Positions 1-11,900 of a stretch of DNA of 64,000 bases are shown one piece after another. The DNA is from Octopus bimaculoides (taxonomy: Eukaryota), in assembly GCF_001194135.2 (NCBI RefSeq), contig NC_068993.1, positions 62,030,352 to 62,094,351 of the forward strand, given 5' to 3'. The notes beneath the pieces were generated by a model. The model had not been told where the DNA came from, made no database searches, and worked only from the letters and a program-made list of their open reading frames with translations. How positions within the stretch are numbered: position 1 is the stretch's first letter; every line of letters starts with the position of its first letter. The position numbers and the translations under genes are program-made.

Positions 1-38
1 ATACAATAAAAACAAATATTCAGTAAAGTCAGTGTTAC

Positions 39-146
39 CTTTTTCACTTCGAATCTTTTCTTATTTCCTGGTTTATCTCCGCTGATAGTTTGAGAGGTTG
101 AGGCTTCCCCAAACTCCTCTTCGTCAATTTCCATTGCGGCTGCCAT
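39..146 (-). CDS. RBX1: RING-box protein 1 (RBX1/ROC1), first coding exon; rest of gene lies left of the window
   Basis: Manual translation of the reverse complement gives MAAAMEIDEEEFGEASTSQTISGDKPGNKKRFEVKK, followed by a phase-0 GT donor (AAG|GTAACA). MAAAM..D and KKRFEVKK| match the RBX1 N-terminus and its first exon boundary. Confidence 0.93.
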
Positions 147-300
147 TGAGACGGAGAAGTAATGAAATCTCGTCGCTGAGACACACAGCTCCCGTTCGCA
201 ACGAGACTCTCGAGAATCAAGGCTGATATAGGTGACGGGGGTGGGGGTGGGTGAAGGTTGAAGCAAAACTAGGAACGTGTTGTTGTCTTCGTCGTTCGTT
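147..300. promoter_or_regulatory. RBX1 5'UTR/promoter, possibly shared (divergent) with ILVBL
   Basis: CpG-rich patch in an otherwise CpG-poor window immediately upstream of the RBX1 ATG; includes a TCTCGAGA palindrome and a G-rich tract at about 237-257. Confidence 0.5.
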
Positions 301-440
301 TATTCTAGAATTTCTATTTATCATTTCTTTGAACGATGTTAACTTTCCGTGCTACTGCTTTTCATTTATTTATGTTTTCCATTATTGGAAATATACATGA
401 ATTTTTGTTTCATTCTTCTTCATCTATAATAATTCGGACA

Positions 441-668
441 GGGGCGGCGAGCTGGCAGAATCATTAGCACGCCGGGCGAAATACTTAGCGGCATTTCGTC
501 TGCCGTTACGTTCTGAGTTCAAACTCCGCCCAGGTCAACTTTGCCTTTCATCCTTTCGGGGTCGATTAAATAAATATCAGTTACACACTGAGGTTGATGT
601 AATCGACTTAAACCCTTTGTCTTTGTTTTTCCCCCCTATGTTTATTCCCCTGTGGGCAATAAAGAAAT
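441..668 (+). mobile_element. tRNA-derived SINE with Deu/Nin-like core (representative; dozens of copies in window)
   Basis: GGCGGCGAGCTGGCAGAATC...GAGTTCAAA (B box)...GCCTTTCATCCTTTCGGGGTCGA..AA..AccAG. Other copies include 4455-4615(-), 10605-10790, 14990-15240(-), 30250-30400(-), 34620-34820(-), 45915-46110(-), 59560-60005(-), 63045-63265, 63480-63697(-). Confidence 0.85.
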
Positions 669-918
669 ATATAATAATTCGGACATACCTACACAATTGT
701 GTTTCCCACTCTCTCTGATTTTGTTTCCTCACAACTTTCAGAAAAATTGGATGTTTTAAAATGAAATTTTCTACAAATACTTTCAGATTGTTTAGAATTT
801 AAGGTCAAACTAAAGGGTTTGACCCGAGCGAAAAAAAAAAAAAAAATTAATTGTGTAATAGGTGTAAAACCACTTGCTCTAAACGAATATGAATTAAAAA
901 AATGCGTGGAGGTAGCAC

Positions 919-1092
919 GTTAAAAGCACCCACTACACTCTTGGAGTTTTAGGCATTAGGAAGAGCATCCAGCAGTAGAAACGTTGCCTGATCAGATTGG
1001 AGCCTGGTGTAGCCTCCTGGCTTGCCAGTCCCCAGTCTAACCGTCCAATTCATGCCAGCATGGAAAGCGGACGTTAAACGATGATGATGATG
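919..1092 (+). mobile_element. SINE with GAAGGGCATCC (Meta-like) core and RTE-type 3' tail ending in (GAT)n (representative)
   Basis: AAAAGCACCCACTACACTC..AGGAAG(A/G)GCATCCAGC..CCATGCCAGCATGGAAAGCGGACGTTAAACGATGATGA. Copies include 14380-14700, 19040-19232, 22180-22515, 33480-33790(-), 35395-35665, 46165-46400(-), 49435-49590(-). Confidence 0.8.
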
Positions 1093-1281
1093 ACTGCCAA
1101 TTCTTCAAATCTCAGTTTGGACAAAGTCCTCTGTTATAATTCCATTCACAGCTAGAATGGGAAGCTTCTTTTTTTATTATTTCTTTGAAGGCAAAAATAT
1201 ATTTTAGTTGACCAAAAATGTTCTCCTTTTTCCCCAGACTTTTAATTATACATTCACACCTGTAAGGTAGCTAATGTATAC

Positions 1282-1295
1282 GACAGGACTCTGTG

Positions 1296-1337
<42 letters not shown>

Positions 1338-1545
1338 CACAGATCTGTGTGTGTGTGTGTGTGTACAGATTTGCATGTATGTATGTATGTGTACAGATGT
1401 GTATGTATGTATGTGTACAGATGTGTATGTATGTATGTGTACAGATCTGTGTATATGTATGTATGTATGTGTACAGATGTGTATGTATGTATGTGTACAG
1501 ATCTGTGTATATGTATGTATGTATGTATATATGCATGTATGTGAT
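1282..1545. repeat. Compound (TG)n / GTACAGATGTGTATGTATGTATGT minisatellite
   Basis: About 24-28 nt units built on (TATG)n; accounts for the spurious ORFs at 1246-1653. Confidence 0.9.
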
Positions 1546-2169
1546 ACTTACATCTCTAGACCTGCTCATATATATTTAAATAATAAACTTCTGGAAAGTT
1601 TTACAGATCTTTACAGTTCCAGTGATGGATTGGATCTGCAGTCTTCGAATTAGCGTTCTCCTTTCTGGTTTTCAGAAGCCTAATTTCTCAAGATTGGTAT
1701 CATGTATGTGTGTGTGTGTGTGTGTGTGTGTATGCATGTATGCACGTGTGTGTGTTTGTCTCTATCTGTGTTTTGTTTTCTCTTATTTTCTACGTGCCAC
1801 TAGCCAGGCACAGATCAGTCCTCTAAGTGGTATGATAATTCGATGTACATAAGCGGTGTGTAAAGAGATGAGTAATCAAAATCTCAGTCTCCAGGTTTCT
1901 GTCCATTGTCTTCAGAGTCTGCACTTAGGATTCAAACGTATCGTCTGTCAAATTTGCCACCATCTTAGGTGAGACAGAGTTCAATTCAGATAACTCATCT
2001 TTTCTCATTGTCGTTGACCTTTTTCAGTTTTTAGAACATGCTTAAAAGCATGACTACAGCAGAAAAGCATTCTCAAATTTCAAAAAAGAGATCTACTCTT
2101 TCTCTTTTGAAATTTCAGACAATTAAGAGGGCAATCTTCTCCCCGTCACCAACTTTGAGAGAGCTAACT

Positions 2170-2251
<82 letters not shown>

Positions 2252-3946
2252 ACAACAACACAAACAATATCAACTGCAACAGTAACAGTTCATATTTAAT
2301 CCTTTTTTTACTGTGAAGCAAGATCAGAAAGTAAAACTCTAAAGGGAAATAACTCTTTCTGTATGTATGAGAATTAGTTTTCGTGATTAACAATCAGAAA
2401 TTTTTGTTAATTGACTTTTGGAATCTTCATTTATCCCAGGATTAGAGAAACTTTTCAAGTTGTAGGGGTAAATCCAAGTACATAACATCATGTGGGGGTC
2501 ATATCTGTTGAGAAAATAATGAAGGACTGATTTGATGTGTTATGCAATTTATCTCTGCAACAAATTAAAATACTGTTTTAGCTTTTGAAACTGGTTTTCT
2601 GTTCATTTCCTTTTCATGTGAGCTTTTAGCGACTTACTCAGCCACCGCTTTAAAATATGAATGCAGGTTCCCCATCTCTGATTTATGAATCCATGAGAAA
2701 AAGTAAGAGGATAAAGACACTGGAAAAACACGGGGAAAACTTTGGAAAACTGGCAGAGTTTCTCTGTGTTGTCTGCTGAAATATTGTCTTTAGTTATTAA
2801 CATAAAAAATACTGAATATCCATGTAATACCACGATTCTATGTAAGGTGTTTTCAATGTCATGTATTGTCAATAAATGACCGGCTAAAATCTTTTGTGCC
2901 ATTGTCTTACTTTGCTTAAGAAATTGAATATAAATTTTTTTTTTCTTTCTGCGTAAGTGTAACGTCAGCATATATGAATTATGCACCAGTCATGTACTGA
3001 CAGTAGCTAGTGAGTGATTTAACACGCTTTTTGTTTTATTACTTTAATTGTCTATTGTACTTCAATAAAAAGCGGGGTCCCCCACCTAACAACTTGGTTC
3101 ACCAGGCCATAAAGGATCATCGACAATTCGAACAGTGAATTGTATCAGCTCTTGAATTTAGAAATATTCAAAATAAATATCAGATTTTCATACATAAAAA
3201 GTCTTCCTGGCATCAAAACGCCCATCCTTAAATGGGTTTTACATCCAAACGGCAGTGCCAAAACGGCGGTGCCAAACATCTCAAGCCCGATCGTTGAAAC
3301 TGAGGAAAGATCTCTTAAGAATTTTTTTTTTTCGTTTTAGACTTATATGGATGAACAGATAAAGGAAATGACACAATGTACAATAAATCAGGAATTCAAA
3401 CTCACCACTCAAATTTCATCGTTTGTTTTCATCGTTTAGTCACAGGTCTGCCATAGACAAGCAATTCTATGATTAAAACCATTCCAATCGTTACTATTTC
3501 ATGTTTCTTATTTTTTAAGTGTAGTGTATAGGATTACATTATTCAAAGTGTCTTTCCCCTTTTCAGACAGTAGGATTTAGTGAAGTTTTGACTACTATTT
3601 CTAGCTAGTTGAGTGACCAGAGGCTCCTCAGTCAAATCGTCCAACCCATGCTAGCATGGAAAGCGGACGTTAAACGATGATGATGATGATGATGATGAAA
3701 ACAAAAGATAAAAATAGAAAATAAATTTATTTTGGAGCTATACTTGCTTAGCAAGTGACATGAAATGGGAGTGTGTTCAACCGAGAAACGACTTACAAGA
3801 GGACAAATTAAGAAAGACATTAACAGACATACACACATTGTGCAATTCATTTTTATTTCTTAGGGTGTGGCACAATATAAAGAGGGTGCTTAACTGACAA
3901 AATCACAGAAGCGTCGATTTGTATTTCAGTATTTTACCATACCAAG

Positions 3947-4060
3947 ATGAATGAGAACTTCAGTGGTTACCAGCTGTTGACATTGGGGTTGTCTACCCTC
4001 GCTTTTGGATCTTTGCTCGGTCTAAAGCGGTTGGGGTTACTTTATCAATGGAGATATAAG
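3947..4060 (+). CDS. ILVBL: ILVBL coding exon 1a (N-terminal membrane anchor)
   Basis: [38 protein letters not shown]|gtatgt, phase 0. Resembles the ILVBL hydrophobic leader ending RLGLFYQLLHK. Candidate acceptor tttcag ends at 3929. Confidence 0.8.
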
Positions 4061-4157
4061 GTATGTTCGTGTTTGTTTTCTCATTTGTTGGCTTCTCCAT
4101 GGTTTCACGCAAAGGTCCTGAAAGATTGACAGCTAGCTAGCTAGATAGATAGATAAG

Positions 4158-4200
<43 letters not shown>

Positions 4201-4230
4201 TTGACAGCTAGCTAGATAGATAGATAGATA

Positions 4231-4262
<32 letters not shown>

Positions 4263-4348
4263 ATTGACAGCTAGCTAGCTAGCGAGTTAGGTAGATAGAT
4301 TGATAGCTAGCTACCTAGCGAGATAGATAGATAGATAGACACACAGAC

Positions 4349-4396
<48 letters not shown>

Positions 4397-5939
4397 TGAA
4401 AGCTAGCTAGCTAGCGAGATAGATAGATAGATTGACAGCTAGCTAGCTAGCGATTAGATCAACCTCAGTATGCAACTGGTACTTAATTTATCGACCCCGA
4501 AAGGATGAAAGGCAAAGTCGACCTCGGTGGAAATCGAACTCAGAACGTAACAGTAGACGAAATACCGCTAAGCATTTCGTCCGGCGTGCTAACGATTCTA
4601 CCAGCTCGCAGCCTTCATGGTTAAAAGGAGGCAGCTAAGGTGTATCGGCCTGCTAGAAATAATAACCAAACTTCTTTCAAATAACATGCTTTTGTTATTA
4701 AAATATTTTTTTTAAAAAATGAAGGATACGTTAGAGCTAGGCAATAGTACTAGAGACGCCATGTCTAAATCAATGAGATGGTCACAATTGGTAAGTTGTT
4801 GATCATGGAGATCAATCAGGGCGGAGCTGCAGTTAAAGTTAAATAACAACAACAGCATCAGCACCAACAACACCACCACCACCAACAACAACAACAACAA
4901 CAGCAACAACACAAACAATATTAAGTGCAACAGCAACAGTTCATATTTAATCCTTTTTTACTGTGAAGCAAGATCAGAAAGTAAAACTCTAAAGGGAAAT
5001 AACTCTTTCTGTATGTATGAGAATTAGTTTTCGTGATTAACAATCAATAATTTTTGTTAATTGACTTTTGGAATCTTCATTTATACAAGGATTAGAGAAA
5101 CTTTTCAAGTTGTAGGAGTGAATCGAAGTACATAACATCATGTTTTATATAACACATTCTACCAGTGTCCCAAGTTTGAAAGTGTTTCGTTACGAAAACA
5201 AGTGGCACCCGATAAATCAGAAAGATCCCTATTTTGCGTTCTGAATTCAAATGTTGTCGAGTTCAACTTTAACTTTCATTCTTCTGTACTTGATTAAATA
5301 AAATACTTGTCGAGACTGAGGGCTCTGTCTCCCTCTGTTTCTCTCTTTATCAGAATTGAATGCATTTCTCGGAGAACCATATTCCTTTATCGCAGTGGAA
5401 GAGTTGTGATTGCCGGGGCTTTAGCAGAGTATGGCGTATGAGGATATTATCTGATTGCTGACACAATTTTGCCGCCTTTCTTTTGTGTTAGTAACGTCTG
5501 ATATTCTCTTATCGTTTGAACTTTGACACGATTTACAGTGCAGTTATTAAACAGGGTAACACAACACCGCCGACACCGGTTGGTGATTAGCTCAAACAAA
5601 TATCGATGTTTACATAGAGGAGTTGAGAGATCTCAAGCACCGACCGTTGGCTCTGATCTGAGACAGGACACCAACAGTTACTGCTTCCAACGGTTTGACC
5701 ATATCAGGATGGATCAGTGCTTCAGTGGTTACCATCTGTTGACATTGGGGCTGTCTACCCTCGCTTTTGGTTCTCTGTTCGGTCTGAAGCGGTTGGGGTT
5801 ACTTTATCAATGGAGACATAAGGTATGTTCGTGTTTGTTTTCTCACTTGTTAGCTTCTCTATGGTTTCACACAAAGGTCCTGAAAGATTGACCGCTAGCT
5901 AGATAGATCGATCGATAGATAGATAGATAGATAAATAGG

Positions 5940-5971
<32 letters not shown>

Positions 5972-8900
5972 GAGAGAGAAAACTATAAATGTTGCTCTAC
6001 AGTACACGAGATATTTCATAACGGCATTCTTTCGATATAAATCGAAAGAATGCTGATGTTTCACAGCTTCTGATGGCTAAGAGAACTGTCCATAGTTATT
6101 AGAAGTAGAGAAATTGGTTGCGGAAGTGAGAAGAACAAAGATTAATTTAGAATGCTAAAAACACGGATACAATGAAATATGGGCGTTGAATTGAGATAAC
6201 CGTAATGGTGTCGGACAAAAAAGCCAACGGCAGTTAGTTATGGTCGATTTGATATTCCTATAAACCATCTTCAATGTGAATTGAATTATAATAGCAGACG
6301 ATTTGACCAAAGCCGAGTTGGTGATGGGCGGGTGGGTGTAGGGGAGTAACACTTTTTAAAAAAATAGATATGTAAATGCTTTATTTTTCAACAGTTAATT
6401 ATAAAACTGCTTNNNNNNNNNNNNNNNNNNNNNNNNNNNNNNNNNNNNNNNNNNNNNNNNNNNNNNNNNNNNNNNNNNNNNNNNNNNNNNNNNNNNNNNN
6501 NNNNNNNNNNNNNNNNNNNNNNNNNNNNNNNNNNNNNNNNNNNNNNNNNNNNNNNNNNNNNNNNNNNNNNNNNNNNNNNNNNNNNNNNNNNNNNNNNNNN
6601 NNNNNNNNNNNNNNNNNNNNNNNNNNNNNNNNNNNNNNNNNNNNNNNNNNNNNNNNNNNNNNNNNNNNNNNNNNNNNNNNNNNNNNNNNNNNNNNNNNNN
6701 NNNNNNNNNNNNNNNNNNNNNNNNNNNNNNNNNNNNNNNNNNNNNNNNNNNNNNNNNNNNNNNNNNNNNNNNNNNNNNNNNNNNNNNNNNNNNNNNNNNN
6801 NNGCATGCGTGTCTTTCAATGTGTCTGTGTTGGAGGGAACTTAAGGAAGGGAAGAACTCATCAGTTCTGTACCAGCACGCTGAGCAAGAACATAGAGGCT
6901 CAATCAACAACATAGAAATTAAAATCTTATCTACACATAGCAGTGATGCAGCACTTAGACAAATTACTGAAGCTACACACATAATAGAAGAGAAACCTAG
7001 CCTGAATAGGACACTAGAATGGAACACAAAGGACCACTGATGAGGTCACAGAAGTGTGACGAAAGAACTCTGGCCGAAATAAGATTAAGATTAATGTAAT
7101 ATAAAGCTGAAGCAAATTAACACCAAATATACAGTGTGTGTGTTTTTATTGGCTAAACTGGCAATATGACCATCCCCAAGTACAACACGATTTCGCATCA
7201 AAAATCTTGCTAAACAAATATATAAATATAATAGTCTATAAAAAAAAAAGTAATTCGTGTACACTCCCTCAGTTATACATTATATTAATTCTTTTATTGG
7301 AATATAATACGTATGCATGTGATACATATATAATGCAAAACCACACTAGTTATACAAACCCGAAACCAGGAAAAAAAAGTTGCTACTTTCTAAAAAATCT
7401 TGAGACAATAGATAAGCACCGAGTACTCGTGACAATACCGAGTGACTCACAAGATTTGAGCCTCCTTTGAGTATCACTGATACTCAGGAAAAAATACGTG
7501 GCTGCGTTGCAAGAAGTTTGCTTCCCAATCACATGGATCTTCGTTCAATCCCACTGCGTAGCACCTTTGGCAAGTCTCTTCTTCTAGGGCCTTGGGCCAA
7601 CCAAAGCCTTGTGAATGGATTTGGTAGATGGAAATTGAAAGATTGTCATATGTATGTGTGTACCCCACCAGTGCCTAACAACCAGGATTAGTGTTTTGGT
7701 AAAAAAGAACGAGAGAATAAATACAAGGCTTTAAGCAGAGAAATACTGGGGTTGATTTGTTTGGCTAAAAAATTCCTCAAGGTGGTGCTCCAGCATGGCT
7801 ACAATCTAATGACTGAAATAAGATAAAAGATAATTAATTGCATCATTAATATACCCTGTGTATTTCAGTTTTAATTGTGAATCCACATAGGAACCCACAA
7901 ATCAAATGTGAATCATTTTTATTTGATGTTTCACATATCTTCCTCGTTCCGCTCTGTCTCACTCTTATGCTTCATGCTGGCATCCATTTATATTCCGTGC
8001 CAGCCCTGACAGAGCAAACATAAGACCAAAATCTATCTCATCTTTCATTCAGACATAATATATCTAAGACTACTACGGCCAATGTGATTTGAGGGAAACT
8101 TAGCTGCTATTTTTAACAGGTTGAGTAACCATGTAGAGGTTTATACCTTGGCTCATGAAACTCTCTGTTGCCAACAGAGATAACAAAAACCTGAACTACT
8201 ACTACTACTAGTTTGCTCACCTTTGCTATTAATCGTTTATTGCGGCCTCTTCAAGCATTATCCAGGTTATCTCATGATCAGAAATGAATTACTACATCTA
8301 GCAACCTATGCATGCAACATTATGAAGAAGTGGGGTTGAGCACCAACTCTATGGATTCCCATGTGAAACCAAGAAGCTAAAATTAGTAAATATTTACCAC
8401 TTACTGACAGTAACAATGTTTAACCCTTTCGTTACTATATTTATTTTGTGATGCTCTCTGTTTCTTTCAATTACTTTAAATATAAAAAAGAATTTAGTAA
8501 AATAACCTTGTTATCATTCAGCTAGTGTTAGGAACATAAATTGTGACTAAGGTTTGGTGGAAGATTTTAATTCAAAACTTATGAAAACAAGGCATTTGTA
8601 CTACAGAGCCAGAGGAGGTTTCAGCCGGGTTGGTAACAAAAGGGTTCAAGGATTTAGGTGAATGGACTTTACTCTCTCAGTTCTACTTATCAGTTAATCC
8701 TTTTGAGTTTTCTTTAACACTGTTCTTTCTCAGTACAAGTGTCCTCATAGAAAGTGCTTTTTTTTCTATTCTCTCTCTCTCTCTCTCTCTCCTATTCTTT
8801 CTTTATTTCTCTCTGTTTGCTATGTAAAGAAAATCAAAACACTTGGTTCAAATAGTCTCAGTATAAATAATATATAAAGGGCTTCCACAAATAGACATAA

Positions 8901-11900
8901 CCATATTTGTCTGTTTGTATGAATGATTGAATGAGTACATACATTTTGAAAAAAATTTTCTTTTCTCAATGTTTTCATTTTCCAGTTTGATCCCAAGATT
9001 AAAAAAAATGGTGGAGATTTAGTGGCAGAAACTCTAAAGGTAAGCCATTATGACATATGTTTTAATTCATTTTGATATCAGCCCACCTGAGACTGCTTCA
9101 GATTCGATGATACAAAACTACTTGTTTTGAAGTTTCCAGTTCAATTAAAACATTTCATTAAGTTATTAATATTCGAACCTTTCTTCTGTTGTTATGTTCC
9201 AAACACCAATTTACATTGTGATTAAAAGGGTAAGACCCCACCCTTCGGTCATGAATGACCATGGCATTGCTCCTAGAAAGTTACCCTCCAAGGTACAAGT
9301 CCAAGAAAGGTTATTTATGGAAACCCAGCAGTCGCCCATGCATACCAGCCTCCTCTCTCCACACCACTGATGTTATCCAAGGAAAGGGCAAAAGGGCCGA
9401 TATAGCTTGAAATATGTTCTAAATATATTCAAACTGATCTGAATTCTGTTTATTTTCCATCACTTCTTTGTATCACTAATTACATATTATCACTAATTAC
9501 ATATTATCACTAATTACATATTATCTTAAACTCATTTAAATTTAGAATTGTTTTCAAGATTAAGCACATAACTAGTGTATTTCATTAGGAATATTATAAT
9601 AGGGTTAACGAATTAAAAATAAATTTTTTTTAAACATTGGAGCGTAGTTGTGTGGTTGAGAAGGTTGCTTTGCAATCAAAATGTCTTGGTTTCAATCCCA
9701 CTGCATGACACCTTGGGCAAGTGACTTCACTTCAGTAGCCCCAGGCCAGCCAATGCCTTGTGGATGAATTTGGTTTATGGAAACTAGGTAGGAGTCAATT
9801 GTGTTTGTGTTTATTCAACCCCACCACCACTCAGAGCTGTGGAGTCAAAACACAAATCTTTGACTCCGACTCCTCTACTATTGGCACCTCTGACTCTGAC
9901 TCCTCTTTATGCAATGAAGTGATTGTGGTCTACATATCTCATATAACATATGCATACACGCTTGTACTTTGAGTCGGCCTATACCTTATAACTGGTTTAT
10001 ATTAAAGAATAAATATATCGAGAGTCAGAGTTGGTGTAGTTTTACCGACTCCAGCTACCCCTTAATTGTTTCTGACTCCACGACTCCGACTCCACAGCCC
10101 TGCCACCACTTCACCACACCTGGTGTTGGTTTGTTTATATTCCCATAACTTAGCAGTTCAGCTAAAGAGACCACTGCAATAAATAACAAACTTCAAAAGG
10201 AAATAAGTCCTGGGACTGATTTGTTCAGCCAAAAGCTTTCCATGTTCACTCGTATCATTCATTAATCTAATTCTGATTTTTGTCTTCTAGGCTCATGGGG
10301 TCAAAAACATTTTCACCTTAGTTGGTGGCCATATATCTCCAATCCTGGTTGCTTGTGAAAGACTTGGTATTAGAGTTGTTGACACACGACATGAAGTATG
10401 TTTCATTGATTCTTGTTCTTCATTTTTTTTTTCAAAAATCGTTTTTATTCACTTCTCCGTTATTTAATTGTTGTTGTTGTTTAACCCCTGGTCAGCTCTG
10501 AACATTGCAGACCTATGACCAAAGTATCCCAGCTGTGAAAATCATGACTTTACAGACATAACATATTTAAAAATTCTTTATCAAATGCTCCCCACCCACT
10601 TAAGGTGGTGAACTGGCAGAATCGTGAGCAAGCCTGGCAAAATGCTTAGCAGCATTTCATCTATCTTTGTGTTCTGAGTTCAATTTCTACCGCGGTCAAC
10701 TTTGCCTTTTATCCTTTCGGGGTCAATAAATTATGTATCAGTCAAGTACTGGGGCCGATATAATCAACTTTCCTCATCCCCCATAATTAAGAAAGGATTA
10801 TTAAATGCTCCCGTCTTGATCCTTCATTTTAATTTAGACTTCCTTATGAAAATATACATCCAAACGTGGCTGATGCCAGTACCCCCTGACTGGCTCCCAT
10901 GCTGGTGGCACATAAAAAGTTCTTTCATCACACATCCTGTGACTTCCTCAGGGACCCTTTATCCTATGTATTTCCTCTTGTTCTGAGAACAAGAGGAAAA
11001 ATAGTCAGTGAAAAGGTCACAGGATGTGTGATGAAAGAACTTTGATTAATAATAGCAATAACAAAGCTGAAGTGAAGGTCCAATATATAGTGTGTGTGTT
11101 TGATTGGCAAAATATGACCATCTCCAAGTATGACATAACGAAAGTATATTTGTGAAAATATGGCACCTGAAGATAATCACAGACTGAGATACATGGCATT
11201 ACAGTAATAAAACAAAAATAAAGAAAAAATAAATCAAGGATCTACAGTTATTAAATTTTGAGCATTCTAATTTTGAGCATTCTAATTTTGAGCATTCTAA
11301 TTTTGTATTGTGAACATCTGTAGTTTCACATCATTTTATCTTCTTCTCATTGTGATAAACTTATTAGGTTACCAGTGTTTTTGCAGCTGATGCTGTTGCT
11401 AGAATGTCTGGGACAATTGGTGTGGCTGCTGTCACTGCAGGACCAGGTACTGCTTTTTGTTTCTTCATTTTCATGTTTTTTTAAATTTTTATCTAAACCT
11501 AATTTAGATATACCTGATGCAGGTGTTAAAGGTTTGATGTTCCAAAGTGAATGTGTGATTTAATTTTGTTGCTGAGTTCCAGGTCTCTTTGCTTTCTCTT
11601 ACTAAATTCTAAATGTCCTTACAAAATAAATGGTGCATTTTTAAAAAGAACAATCACAGATGATGAAAGATGGATGCGAAAAAAAATGGAGTCAGAAAGG
11701 TCCTGGAGAAAATTATGAACCACCTTTAATCACTCTAAAAACCAGTTAGTTTTCGAAGAAGGTGATAATTTGAAGTGCATTGTGTATAATGCATTCCCTA
11801 ACTCTTCTTCCTAATCAGACATTAAATTCTTGCAATCATTTACCACAATTATATTGATTAAAGGTAGCATTTGATGAAAAACATCCAGAATTGGCCAACA

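Noticed and set aside
1246-1852. Several 76-118 aa ORFs rich in C/V/Y/M/H/T
   Set aside because: Translations of TG/TATG microsatellites; similar artefacts account for most ORFs in the supplied track
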